The position numbers and the translations under genes are program-made. Shown here piece by piece: positions 52,226-64,000 of a stretch of DNA of 64,000 bases (position 1 is its first letter; each line of letters opens with the position of its first letter). Source of the DNA: Eledone cirrhosa (Eukaryota); contig OZ024745.1 in assembly GCA_964016885.1 (NCBI GenBank), positions 81,158,001-81,222,000 on the forward strand. Reading direction: 5' to 3'. The notes below the pieces were generated by a model. The model ran no database searches, was not told the DNA's origin, and saw only the letters and a program-made list of their open reading frames with translations.

Positions 52226-53963
52226 CGGTTTCAACACACGTTTTCAGATAAAGAATCTTGCTAAACAAATTCAGAAACGAAATATATATATATATATATC
52301 TATACACACATTTACATATATATATATCATAATCATTGCTTGCATGCTTTAGATGTGTTCTTTTCAGCACAGGGTCTCTGCACTCGTCGTGTTCTTTTGT
52401 AATCTCCTCTGTGAGTTTCAGCGATTTGGGATCAGCTTTCACCACCTTTGCCGAGGTCTTCCTTAGTCTACCTTCTATCAAATCAATGCAGTCATCTCTC
52501 TTGCACACCACTTCTGATTCCATTGCACATCCAATGAATCATGGTTGCTTCATTTCATGTCCACTGCAGTCACTGCTCATGTTACACTACTATATAGCAT
52601 TGCACTTCACATGCAGGAGAAACCTTTTGTTGTCAACAAGCGGAGTAGCTCTCCAAACTCCTTGATTCTGTCCTTAATTTTGCTATTATGATCTCAGAGC
52701 AAACTTCTCTGCTACTAATTAAGTCTTCTAGGCAGCAGAAGCTATCAACCACTTCTATGGACCCTTCATGTGATTGGAAAAGTTTTATATCTCAGACACT
52801 CTTCCCATCAATTACCCATGTACATCTATTACCTTTGAAGAATTCCTTTCCTGTTAATCTGCCTGCTATCCCACTACACCTCTGCTGTACCCAAGATTTT
52901 CATTATGTACATCATATAGAGTTTCTGATTATTCCTTTTCTGCATATCGAGCAGGGCCATTTTGCTGATGGGGTCAGGGTCCTCTCTTCTTTTCTACTTA
53001 TGAGCACTTTAGTCATGGTTAAGTTTACTCCCAGATCTTTCAATTGTAAATTCTGTTTCTATAGTCAGAATTTATTCTCTAGTTCTTTTATGGATTTGGC
53101 TATAAGGATCAGATTATCTGCATACAGAAGTTCTTATGGACAGCCAGTCTTTAACTTCTCCAGATGCTTTTAGAATCTCGGCAACTATCTTTGCTTTATC
53201 ACTTTTCATTTTCATTGCATCTTTGACCCTATAACTTGATTTCAATAGCTTATCCCTCTGTTGATTAACATGGGGATAGTTTGTCTTCCCATTCATCAGC
53301 CTCTCATAGTAACATTTCCAGTCCTCTTTCTTTTGAGCACTAGCTGTACTAAGAGCACCAGTGCCATGTCTCTGATACTGAAAAGACAATGGGATAGGCA
53401 TTGAGACACTTTCTCTTTTCAGCCTATTTCCCAGCTCTGTATAACTGTCATCTAGCTTCTCTCTCAGCTAACTGGTCTCTGCTACCCACGTTTTTCCAGT
53501 CTTTTCATGCCTGTCTCTTGGCTTTAATGGCACTATTCTTGTCCTGTTGCGCCCCCTAATTGAATTTATATTCTAAAGACTTTGGCATGCTGGCTTATTT
53601 TGAAACTATCATAAAATAGACATCACACCACCAAGCCTGTTTTTCCCCCTTCTCCCTTCTTACCTTTTCTACGCCTCAGTGTCATTCTTTGTTTGCACGT
53701 TGGATTACAGTCTTCCTTCTCTTCTGTTTTACTATTTCTCTCCCTTCTATATTTTTCTCTTTTGGCTAAGCCCTTGCCCTCTCCATATTTATGTAATTTG
53801 CCTAAAGGCATAACTTGTCTCTACCTGTTTTTTTATGTCCCAATGTGCACTGGAATGAATAGTATCAACCTTAATGCACTGAAATTGTAGTGATTTCCTG
53901 AGGTTGACTGAGGAGATGGGATTGTTCATCTTTCCGTTGTCTTTTTCCTGTGCAACCCCTATT

Positions 53964-54030
<67 letters not shown>

Positions 54031-54142
54031 TCAGATTATGTGTTAGTTTAACACCAACACTTCAGGTTGCAAGGTAGAGCACTCAACAAAGTCCACAAGA
54101 GGGCCTGTTAACTCCAGAGTAAATTTATAAACAAGAGGTATA

Positions 54143-54474
54143 AGTCAACATTTCATAATTTACTTCTTTCATTACCATTATATATATTTTGGTGCTAGCC
54201 ACAATTCAACAGGTGTCACCGCTTCAGACAGTTAGAAGCAACACATAGAAAACATAAAAAAACATAAAGTTTTTCTTGGAGAAAAAATAATATCAGTAAT
54301 TTTTACTTTCTGATATTGTCAGAACATCAACAACTGATAATATCAGAAAGTAAAAAGAAAAAACTTTATGTTTTCTGTGTTGCTTCTATCTGAAGAGGTC
54401 ATAGCTGGTGAATTGTGGCTATCACTGAAATATATGTAATGGTAATGAAGGAAGTAAATTATGAAATGTTGACT
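54143..54474. mobile_element. Fold-back Penelope-type terminal-repeat relic carrying an HHR motif (54386-54442, +)
   Basis: Imperfect inverted arms around an inner palindrome at 54299-54356. HHR: CTAT-CTGAAGA-GGTcATAGC...GCTATcACT-GAAA-tatatg-TA-ATGG. Confidence 0.7.
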
Positions 54475-54763
54475 CATGTTTATATATCATCATCATCATC
54501 ATTATCATCACCGTTTTACGTCCATTCTTCCATGCTAGCATGGGTTAGACGGGTTGTCCAGTTGTGGGCAATGTTAGGTTGGGTGACCTTGTCTTGCTCA
54601 TACGGGAACTGATTCTGGCTTCCTAATACCAACCTCATTTACAGTGAGTGCTGGGTGCTTTTTCGTGGCGCCTACACGTCTACTTTACAGTATGGCCTGG
54701 GTGTTTTTTTTGTCATGACACCTCCACGACCACTTTGTAGTGGGAGGGGATGGGGGCATATTG

Positions 54764-54797
<34 letters not shown>

Positions 54798-55059
54798 ATT
54801 AGTTGCAACAGTGACATATACAAGTACTGAAGTTTCGTTGGGTTATACACCCCAACTCATTCAGCCTGATATATAAAATAAAAATGGCTACCTCCCCAGG
54901 TTGGTTTGAGGTTTTTATAAAATACATGATAGTTCTTCAAGGGTAGGTAATTTCAAATTTAGCTATAAATAAACAAATATTTTAGATAATGTAAAGGGAA
55001 GGAACTATCAAAAGTGACTACAAAGGAGGTGGGGGCAATTGGCCAGCATGGGTAATCTT

Positions 55060-56935
55060 ACAGCTCATGTCTTGGTAAGTGCACTAGATGAGTGGGATAA
55101 TCTTTCCAGGCACTCCATAGTGCATCAGCAGTTTCCACAGTGTCACTCTGTCCACACTGCCAAACGCTTTCTCGTAATCTATTAAGTTGATGTAGAGTGG
55201 AGAATTCCACTCCAGTGACTGCTCCACAATGATGCAAAGGCTGGTGATCTGATCAGCACAAGATCTGTTCCTGTGGAATCCTGCCTGCTTATCCAAGAGC
55301 TTGGGGTTGTCTATTTCCCTTATATCCTCCAGTAGTACTCTGTTGAGAACCTTGCCTGGCACTGATAGGAACATGATCCCTCGGTAATTGCTGCAGTCCC
55401 TGAGGTCACCTTTTTTCTGCAGTTTAATGATGATTCCTTCCTTCCACTGGGTCAGGACATCTTCCTTCTCCCAGATCTTACTGAAGAGTCTATATAGCAT
55501 GTTGGCAGCTATCTCTATGCTTTGATGGCTTTTGCTGGTATTTCATCTGACCCTGCTGCTTTCCCATTTTTCAGAGTCAGGATGGCTTTCTTGATCTCTA
55601 CTTTTGGGGGTTTGTCACATTTGATTGGTAGTTGAGTCTCTGCTGGTGGGATATCTGGTAGTACTTTAGGGCTGGGGCTCTCTGAAATGCTCTGACCATT
55701 GTTTCAGTTGTTGTCAATGGGTTCCCATTCTTGTCCTTCACTGTCCACCAGAATTTGCCTGCTAACATTTGGGTCACATGATACAGGCTTTTCAGGTTCC
55801 CCTCTACTGTTGCTTTCTCTGCTTGACTGGCTAGGGTGTCCTTCTCGATGTTTCTCTTCACTTCCTTGTCAGCCACTGCGTACTCTTTCTGTGTTCTTGC
55901 CTTAGCTTCCCTTGTTTTCAGGGTGGCTTTCTTCTCTTTCCTTACTTCCAATTTCTGGATGGTGTCTGCAGAGATCCATTTGTTGTGCTAAATCTTTCTC
56001 TTGCCAAGAACCTCTACACATGTGTCATGCCAGAGTTTCTTGGTGTGTTGCCACTGTGTCTCAATGCCTATCCCATTGTCTTCTATCAACTATTGTAGAG
56101 ACTGGTAGCTGTTTGAGAGACTTATCCAGAAAGCTGCCTGTGTGTCTTTAAAATTGAGCAGTCCAACGTTGTACCTTGTTCATGTGTGGCCTGTATTGGT
56201 GGATTCTTTTAGCTGAAGTCACCTGATGTCAGAAGATGGTAGCGATCTGCTGGTATGTTGGCACCTCTCACCCCGCCATGATCCCTTGGACCTCTGGCTG
56301 ATACAGATATGGTCAATCTAGTTCTCTGTGACATGATCTGGGGATCTCCATGTGGCTTTCTGGATGTGTTTGAGCAGGGCGATGCTTCATCCTATCACCA
56401 GTTTGTTCAGGGCACACAAGCGTTCACCATTCTCGTTCATCTACCCCAGTCTATGTGTCCCCATGATGCTCTCATAGTCTGTGTTGACCTGTCCTACCTT
56501 GACATTGAAATCTCCCATCAGTGTCATCATGTCTTTAGTTCTTCCTTTGTCTATCACTGCTTACAGCTGTTGGTAAAAAAAGCATCTTTCTTTCCTTCTT
56601 TTGCATCATTGGTGGGAGCATAACACTGGATGATGTTTAGCTTGATGTTTTTCTTCTTGGTGGCAAATTTGGCTGTGAGTTGACAGGTTCCCAGCCTATG
56701 AGTGCCTGCTGTGCCTCCAGCACCAGCATCAGAACCACACCCTCAGTGTGAGGGGCTCCATCCTCTGTACATCCTGAATACAGCAACTGTTCTCCAGTTG
56801 AAAGTCTCAGCTCTCCTGTCTGTAACCACCTTGTCTCCCTCAGTCCTAGTACTTCTATCTTGTAGTTCTCCATCTTTCTCACTACTTGAACGGTCTTTCC
56901 TGGTTTATACATCATCTTGATGTTCCATGTAGCAA
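55060..56935 (-). mobile_element. RTE LINE relic (APE endonuclease plus start of RT)
   Basis: IATWNI...LGLRETRW; KKGDLRDCSNYRGI...QAGF...IDYEKAFGSV. Confidence 0.9.
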
Positions 56936-57013
56936 TTTTTGTTGTTGTTATCTTACTACATCTCTTGTGTACCCACAATTTACATTGTGTACATTGTATG
57001 GTGTTTATGCCTA

Positions 57014-57074
<61 letters not shown>

Positions 57075-57128
57075 AGTAGGCATAAACACCATACAATGTA
57101 CATATATATACATATATATACATATATA

Positions 57129-57185
<57 letters not shown>

Positions 57186-59119
57186 CTACATGGTAGTGAG
57201 AATTGAGTTTTGTGTATGGAGGACTTATGAAGATTGGAAAGAAATGAGGTAAGCATGCTCCGATGGAAGTGTTATAGCAGTATACATGAGTGACAAAGTA
57301 TCAATGGGCTGAGAGAAAAACAGGGCATAAGAAACATCAGGTACAGTGCGCAGAAGAGGAGACTTAAATGGTATGGACATGTAATGCATATGAAGGATGA
57401 CAGCTGCATAAAGAGATGCAAAACACTTGAAGTCAAAGGAACACTTGGAAGGGGGAGATCTAGGAAAACCTAGGAAGATGTAGTGAAGGCCAAACTCATG
57501 CAGCTGAACCTCACAAAGGAAGTGATCCAGGACCGAGAAGACTGACAACATTCTATGATTCAAGGAGCTTGCAGCAGAAGCAGGATGGCTAACTGACTTA
57601 CCTTCCTCCACACTAGACCTGAAGAAGCAGAGAGGTGTTACATCTCCCATCCACCAGTATACTCCTGAAATCCTTGCCAGCATGCTCCCGACCTCCGTTC
57701 TTGACCCTAAATCTGAAGAAGCAGAGAGATAGAACAACACTCAGGCCCTGGCCTGCAAAAATATACTCCTGATTTCTTCACCCAACCTATGTTAACATGG
57801 AAATCTAGGAAGAACCAAGACTGGTTCACCTTTCCAATCTGACGTCTTGCACCCCCCCCCCCCAAAGAAAAAATGTCAGACACCACACAACCACATGCCA
57901 AGCACCATCACCCCTCACAACAATATACACTAAACACTGTAGTCCTGTAATGAAATAGTGCTGGTGCTACTACAAAAGCACCCTGTCTACCCTGTAATGT
58001 GGTAGTACTGGTGTTATGACGAAAAGCATCCCCATCTACCCTGTAAAGTGATAGTTTCAAAGTCATGATAAAATGCTCCTTGTATAGGCTGTAAAGTGGT
58101 TGGTATTAGGAAGAGCATCTATCCATAGAAACCATGCTCCCAGTAGATACTGTAAAGTGGTTGGTATTAGGAAGAGCATCCATCCATAAAAATCAAGCCA
58201 AAACAAAACATACAAGCAAAATCTAGTCATCTGACTAGTTTGGCCTCAGCACATGACAGCCATCTAACACATACAAGCATGGATAATAGACATTAAATGG
58301 TGATGATGATGATATATATCATCATCATAAGCCCCTGCTTACATATATATATATATACACATACATACACATAAATATGAAATTGCCACTATATAAAGTG
58401 TTTTCATAGCAGCATGATAAATATCATATGCTGCCATCTTTTGAATGTGAAATATATAAATTTTAAGATGAATAGGAAAGCAATGAAAAGTGCATTCACC
58501 ACTGAATTCAGCAGTGAAGTAAATATAATGCTCTATTTGAAAGCTGATAGTTTATGTTTAAACAAACCTTTTAGATGATGAAGGCAATGTGTTGGTATGT
58601 GAGAGGTGTTCCTTACTTCAACCATAATGGTATTCTAGTTTCAACATTTTTGAGTTACATGTTCAAATTCTGTAGATGTCAACTTATTTGACAACAGTCA
58701 AAGACAACAGTCATGTACAAAATCTGGTCTTGTGTAAAGAATAATGTTAGACTGCAACGAATGCCATAGAAGATGTAACCAAGCCAATTTCAATTCTTGA
58801 TTGAAGCCAATTCAATTCATTTATACCACTAATGACTTCAAGAAAAAGCATAAAAACCTTACTATCTCATCCTACCATTGCCTATAAATGTGTGTCTTGA
58901 AACCGAAGTTAGAAATTCATGAAAACAAGAGGGTGACTTTCAGCAGAATCTAAAGTGTAGAGGAACAAGTTGCAGATCAGTCAATTGTTGGAATTTTATT
59001 ACTGCTATTTGATAAAGTTTCTTTGACAAAGGCAGCTAAATATCAATAGCTCAAATCACATTTGTAATCTGAGCCAAATATGAATAAATTAACAAAATTC
59101 ATTGCTTGAAGAAATTTAA

Positions 59120-59400
59120 GTAGTGCTTAAACGGAGTACTAATTTTGTGGCTAGGTCTCATCCATTTACAGTTGAAGTTTCTAAATGCAATTTCAAATTC
59201 TGTTCTGATAGTTTCTTCCTTCACATGTCTTCCCAGTGGAATTCTCTTCTGGTTTCTTCCTTTCCTGACCACTACAATTTACAAAAATTCAAAAGCAACA
59301 TCAAGTGTCATCTCTCTTTTTGAATTACATTTTCTCTGTCTTGTCCTTTCCCCTTCTCAGTAAACCCTTGTATTTTATTGGCTTTATTGTTTTTCATGGA
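59120..59400 (+). mobile_element. CR1/L2-group LINE 3' end relic
   Basis: SHPFTV...SFF...QWNSL...FPDHYNLQKFKSNI. Confidence 0.6.
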
Positions 59401-59619
59401 GTGAGTATATATATCTTTCTGTATTTATCATTGTTGTGGCATGAAAAAACAAAACAAATCTTATATATTCACATTTTGGAGAAGATAAAAGAAAATATAA
59501 CTTAAGAAATTTGTTCCTTCAACTTTTAACAGATTATAGAGTGACTTTAACTAAACTTATGCTTTTTCAAACTTTGACTGTTAACCAATGCTGGCACGGA
59601 TAAATAAAAAAAAATCTTA

Positions 59620-59660
59620 TATTCACTGATGAATCTTTTAGACTGAAAAATTTATGAATG
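59620..59660 (+). ncRNA. Minimal type I HHR motif
   Basis: TATTCA-CTGATGA-aTCTtttAGAct-GAAA-AATT-TA-TGAATG; 6-bp stem I, palindromic loop 3. Confidence 0.65.
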
Positions 59661-60779
59661 AAACACTATGTTTTAATTCTTTATAAGCATTGTTTCGATT
59701 TCCAATCATTTAAAATTATCATATTGTCACAAAGTTTTCAAAAACTGTTTCAAAACTCAATATATATGAAAGCTATTATTCATTTATTTATTGAAAATGA
59801 AACATCGAATTCAGAGGATATTCCAACAAGTCTCATTCTAAGTTTGGTTATATCTGCTACTCTCATACTTCTGTAGATCAATGACCTATGTGTAACCTGT
59901 AATCTCACATACAATTATGAAAATGATAGCATATTTAATTCCTCTTTACATTTCTACAATCAGGCATTGTTCACACTTCATGAGATATGTCAAATATAGA
60001 CTGCTTCTATGAATCGATAGCTCAAAATATCCAAACATTGCAAAAACTGTATTGTAAAGATCAGGCACATGGCTTAGCAGTTAGAGTATTGAGTTCACAA
60101 TCGCAGGGGTTATGAATTCAATTCCCTGACTGTGCAGTGCCTTGTGTCCTTGAGCAAGACACTTTATTTCATGTTGCTCCAGTTCACTCAACTGTAGAAA
60201 TGAGTTGCAACATCACTGGTGTCAAGCTGTGTCAGCCTTTGTCTTTCCCTTGGACAAGATTGTTGTCATGAAAAGGGGAGACTGGTATGTATGGGTGACT
60301 GCTGGTCTTCTGTAAAAACACCTTGACTGGGCTTGTGCTTCAGAAGTGCAAAATCCATGTTCATTCGTGACTGAAGGGGGTTTTTATGCTGAAGATCAGG
60401 CATCTTCTTCAACACCAGAAAATACCTCCTTCTTATCAATTGCTGGCCCTCATCTAAATTGAATATGAAAATACAGTTCTGTGTACAGACAGCTACAAGC
60501 ACTATTTTTTTTTTATGTGCACATCCTCTACCACTACTACAACAATTTCTGTTCTCTTGAACTAGAGAGCTGTGTACATCTCCACATTCAACTGATGCAC
60601 ATGTTTTTCTTTATTTAATCATCTTTAATTGTGTTTCACCCCTGCACAAAATACTCTGACCTATCATTCTTTTTCATAGTGGCAGCTTTCAAGTATACCT
60701 TCACCCTACCATTGACATTTTTCCTGCAGATGTCAACATATAAAAGTGTACCTTAACTACATTACTTTCACCAATTTAA

Positions 60780-60987
60780 CCCTTTAGCATTTAAACCAGT
60801 TGTATCTGGCCAGAATTCTTTCACCTCTTTCTGTTTAAACCATCTGTAACCAGCCGCTTAAACTGATGTTAAGGTATTCTTCTCAAAATAAATAATATCA
60901 AAATCTTATAGATTTGATATTATGTGAGATAAAGTGTTTACTGTGAAAATACCAAAGTAAATATAGAGTAATGTAAATGCTAAAGGG
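60780..60987. mobile_element. piggyBac-type MITE
   Basis: TTAA TSD on both sides; 14-bp TIR CCCTTTAGCATTTA / TAAATGCTAAAGGG. Confidence 0.88.
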
Positions 60988-62838
60988 TTAAGGAAGTTTA
61001 TACAGACCAAGGGCACCACTCATCCTCTCTCTAATTAATACAACAAATTAAGACATCAAATATAAATTATGTACATATTTCATTGTTTATTGTTTACTTT
61101 TTAAAAAATATGATTATCAAAATGTTGCTATTAATTTAAGAAAAGGTTTTGTAATTCTACATCATATGAAAAATCGCTACATGGGACGTGTGTAACTCTA
61201 CATCATATGGAAATCACTCCATGAGACAGGTGTTTTGACTGAGATCCATATACTGGATCTTACTTTTAAGCCAGCCAAGCTTGTGTTAGAGGTCTTGTTT
61301 TGCTTTCCCTGAACTGCACTAGCAAAGCTCAAAAAAGAATTCCAATAGTAGGTAATGCAAGAAGAACTGAAGACAAGATATGTAGCTTGAATGGTAAAAA
61401 GTAGTTGTTATTGACTTATAGATGAAGACCAATCACTCAACAAAAACACAAATATTTCAAGTAGTAATGGTATTCATAAATCTGAATGCTATTCCTGAAA
61501 GATTGATTGATTAGGGATTTGATTTGAAGCTTTACAGTTTTGAGGCTCCAATGAAGAAATGTTGAGGTAATAAGAATATATGAATTATATTTACTGACAC
61601 AGTTTGCATAATAATACTTGGTCCAATTTTGACTACTGCTCAGCAACAGTAAAGTTTATATCTACACAAGAAGTAACGTTAGCTGTCAATACAATTTCAA
61701 GAGTAGAACTTACAGAAAGAATCAATAATTTGATTGCATCATTTCACATTAATGTTAATAATAATAATGGTTTCTTATATAGGCACAAGGCCAGCAATTT
61801 TGGGGAGGGGAAAGTCGATTAAATTGACCCCACTACATTACTGGTATTTTATTTTATCAACCCCTTAAGGATGAAAGGCAAAGCTAACCTTAGTGGAATT
61901 TGAACTCGGATTGTAAAGGCCGTAACTCTATGCCACAAAGCATGTTGTTCGACATTCTAACGATTCTGCCAATCCACCATCCTTAGTAGTAGTAGTAGTA
62001 GTAATGATAATAATAATAATGGTTTCCGATTTAGGCACAAGGCCAGCAATTTTGGGGGAGGGGAAGTCAATTAAATCGACCCCCAGTGGTACTTTATTTT
62101 ATCAACCCTGTAAGGATGAAAGGCAAAGCTAAACCTTGGTGGGATTTGAACTCAGAACGTAAAGGGACATAACTATGCTGCAAAGCATGGTGTCTGACAC
62201 TATGCCATGTGGTGTCTGACACTCTACTGCTACTGCCAATCCACTGCCCTAATAATAATAATATTCGTTTCTACTTTAGGCACAAGGCCAACAATTTGTG
62301 GAGAGAGGAAATTTCATTACATCGACCCCAGTACGTGGCTGGTACTTTATTTTATCAATCCTGAAAGGATGAAAGGCAAAGCAAACCTTGGTACGATTTG
62401 AACTCAGGACATAAAGCTCCGGAATAAATGATGCAAAGCATTTTCTCTGATGATCTAATGATTCTGCTAATCCCCCACCCTCAGTAGTAGTAGTAATAAT
62501 AATAATAATAATAATTTCTATAATAATAACAATAATACTCATTTGTAAATTGGTGGGTTGTTTTTTAAGGATGAAAATATAATAAATGTTCTGGAAAAAG
62601 GTTATAAAGACCCTAATTCAGTCACCACCCATTTATTAATAAGTGAGTGAAAAAAAATTGATATATATATACACAGATGCTAATAGAATTGAACATTCAG
62701 AACAACATAATACAAAACCACTTTTTTTCCCTGCCTTTCTCTCCCTTTCATTCGCTCCAATTTACTCGAGCAAACATGAACACGAATCATAATTTTGTAT
62801 CTCTGCATATGTACATGACAATATTTATAATTCTTAGG

Positions 62839-64000
62839 TTAACAATATGACTTGGTTGTCACAAACGCAGATTGATAAGCAAACATTTCTCGATCCCGAA
62901 GACCTACATAAACAGAAACCATATAACTAGTCCCTGGAGTTAATTTGTCAATAGTTTCTGTTAATACTTTTTGTTTATTTGCTACTTTACAAGACAGTTT
63001 TGCAGATTTTTTTCTAACTACAACTGCAACACACTGTGGTTGTATCTTCCTATTGGCTTTGATTTCGGGAATTACATTAGGTAGTTTACTTATGTATATG
63101 CAATAGCGCTGATTCTTTTCTGTAGCATTCCAAGAAATTCTCACTTGGTTGCAGAGAGTATAGTTGTTTAAAACTGTTACTTTTGCATGATGTGAAAGCC
63201 TAGGGACATCAACATGTGAAGAGCTATCTTGCAATAATAATGTAAGGGATTGTTGCAGTCCATGAGTTTTTTTGTCTCGAGATACACGAATCTGGTAATT
63301 TCCAGCCTCAAGATCTTTTAAGACAAGTTTTCTAAAAAATGTTACGCTACTGCGTACAATTTTTGTTTTTTGCTTATTTTTAGTAATGCGTATTTTCATG
63401 ACATCCCCACAGGATTGCAAAAATAGATTTAATGCTTTAACATTTCGTGAAAGACTAAAATATAATTTTGGTATTTTTTTTCGTTTGATTACTAGTGTTT
63501 GCACTTTACCTTCTTTCACTACAAAACGTTTTTTCTTGTTTCGCTTAAGTTTGACCTGTACACTGGCATAAGTGATTGACATATTAGAAGTGGAGTTAAT
63601 AGCAAACACATTGACAAAGTACTTTCTTCCAGGTTTGCCTTTTTTAAATGTATAAGAAAGTTTACTTCCAATACATTCATATAAAATATGCCCTTTTGGG
63701 GCTGCACGAATAGGCTTTGTTGATTTTCTTAAAAGCCTTTTGTTCTTGTCTTCTTTAAATCCAAAACCTGTATAAGGTGGAAGAGTGGGTTTTGCATCAC
63801 CATAAAGATGTGCTAAAACCCCGCAATGGGTATAAAAAGGTCTTTTGCGACTGAAAGATACACAGTACTCAATTTTACTAGTTGTTGATGAACTTGGTTC
63901 CCACATAACACTGACATTTCTTGCTGATTTCATGGTTATATTAAGATGATTATCTGCTGGCGGCAAAGGAAAGATGTTGTCAATATCAGGAGTAGTTGTG
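62839..64000 (-). CDS. NDNF: NDNF (neuron-derived neurotrophic factor / Drosophila nord)-like secreted FN3 protein, terminal coding exon, 5'-partial
   Basis: The frame is open to the window edge (TTTPDIDNIFPLPPAD...). Motifs WEPS..IEYCV, PGRKYFVNVFAIN, CNQVRISW..RYCIY and TETIDKLTPGTSYMVSVYV...VTTKSYC* parallel the NDNF C-terminal half. Candidate AATAAA at 62637-62632. Confidence 0.88.
   Translation of the reverse strand, partial: TTTPDIDNIFPLPPADNHLNITMKSARNVSVMWEPSSSTTSKIEYCVSFSRKRPFYTHCGVLAHLYGDAKPTLPPYTGFGFKEDKNKRLLRKSTKPIRAAPKGHILYECIGSKLSYTFKKGKPGRKYFVNVFAINSTSNMSITYASVQVKLKRNKKKRFVVKEGKVQTLVIKRKKIPKLYFSLSRNVKALNLFLQSCGDVMKIRITKNKQKTKIVRSSVTFFRKLVLKDLEAGNYQIRVSRDKKTHGLQQSLTLLLQDSSSHVDVPRLSHHAKVTVLNNYTLCNQVRISWNATEKNQRYCIYISKLPNVIPEIKANRKIQPQCVAVVVRKKSAKLSCKVANKQKVLTETIDKLTPGTSYMVSVYVGLRDREMFAYQSAFVTTKSYC

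Noticed and set aside
60060-60135. tRNA gene
   Set aside because: A- and B-box-like head of a SINE that continues into the SINE body; no complete cloverleaf.

Overview
Repeat-rich, AT-rich animal genomic DNA. The SINE, LINE and microsatellite content suggests a cephalopod (octopus-like); this is an inference. Two host genes lie on the minus strand. The first is cytosolic alpha-mannosidase MAN2C1 (GH38): I read 10 coding exons by hand between 40835 and 7012, all GT-AG with consistent phases, and the gene continues off the left edge. The second is the long final coding exon of an NDNF/nord-like gene (62839 to >64000). MAN2C1 introns hold a >5.7 kb satellite, three decayed CsRn1-clade Ty3/gypsy proviruses with paired LTRs and 4-bp TSDs, LINE relics, Helitrons, mariner and piggyBac-type MITEs and many SINEs. 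The most notable unannotated signal is a set of type-I hammerhead ribozyme (HHR) motifs. It includes a tandem pair at 49233-49551 in an ORF-less, inverted-repeat-bounded segment (Penelope/retrozyme-like) and a Penelope element with inverted pseudo-LTRs. All folds and alignments were done by eye. Most ORFs in the supplied track are spurious or transposon-derived.
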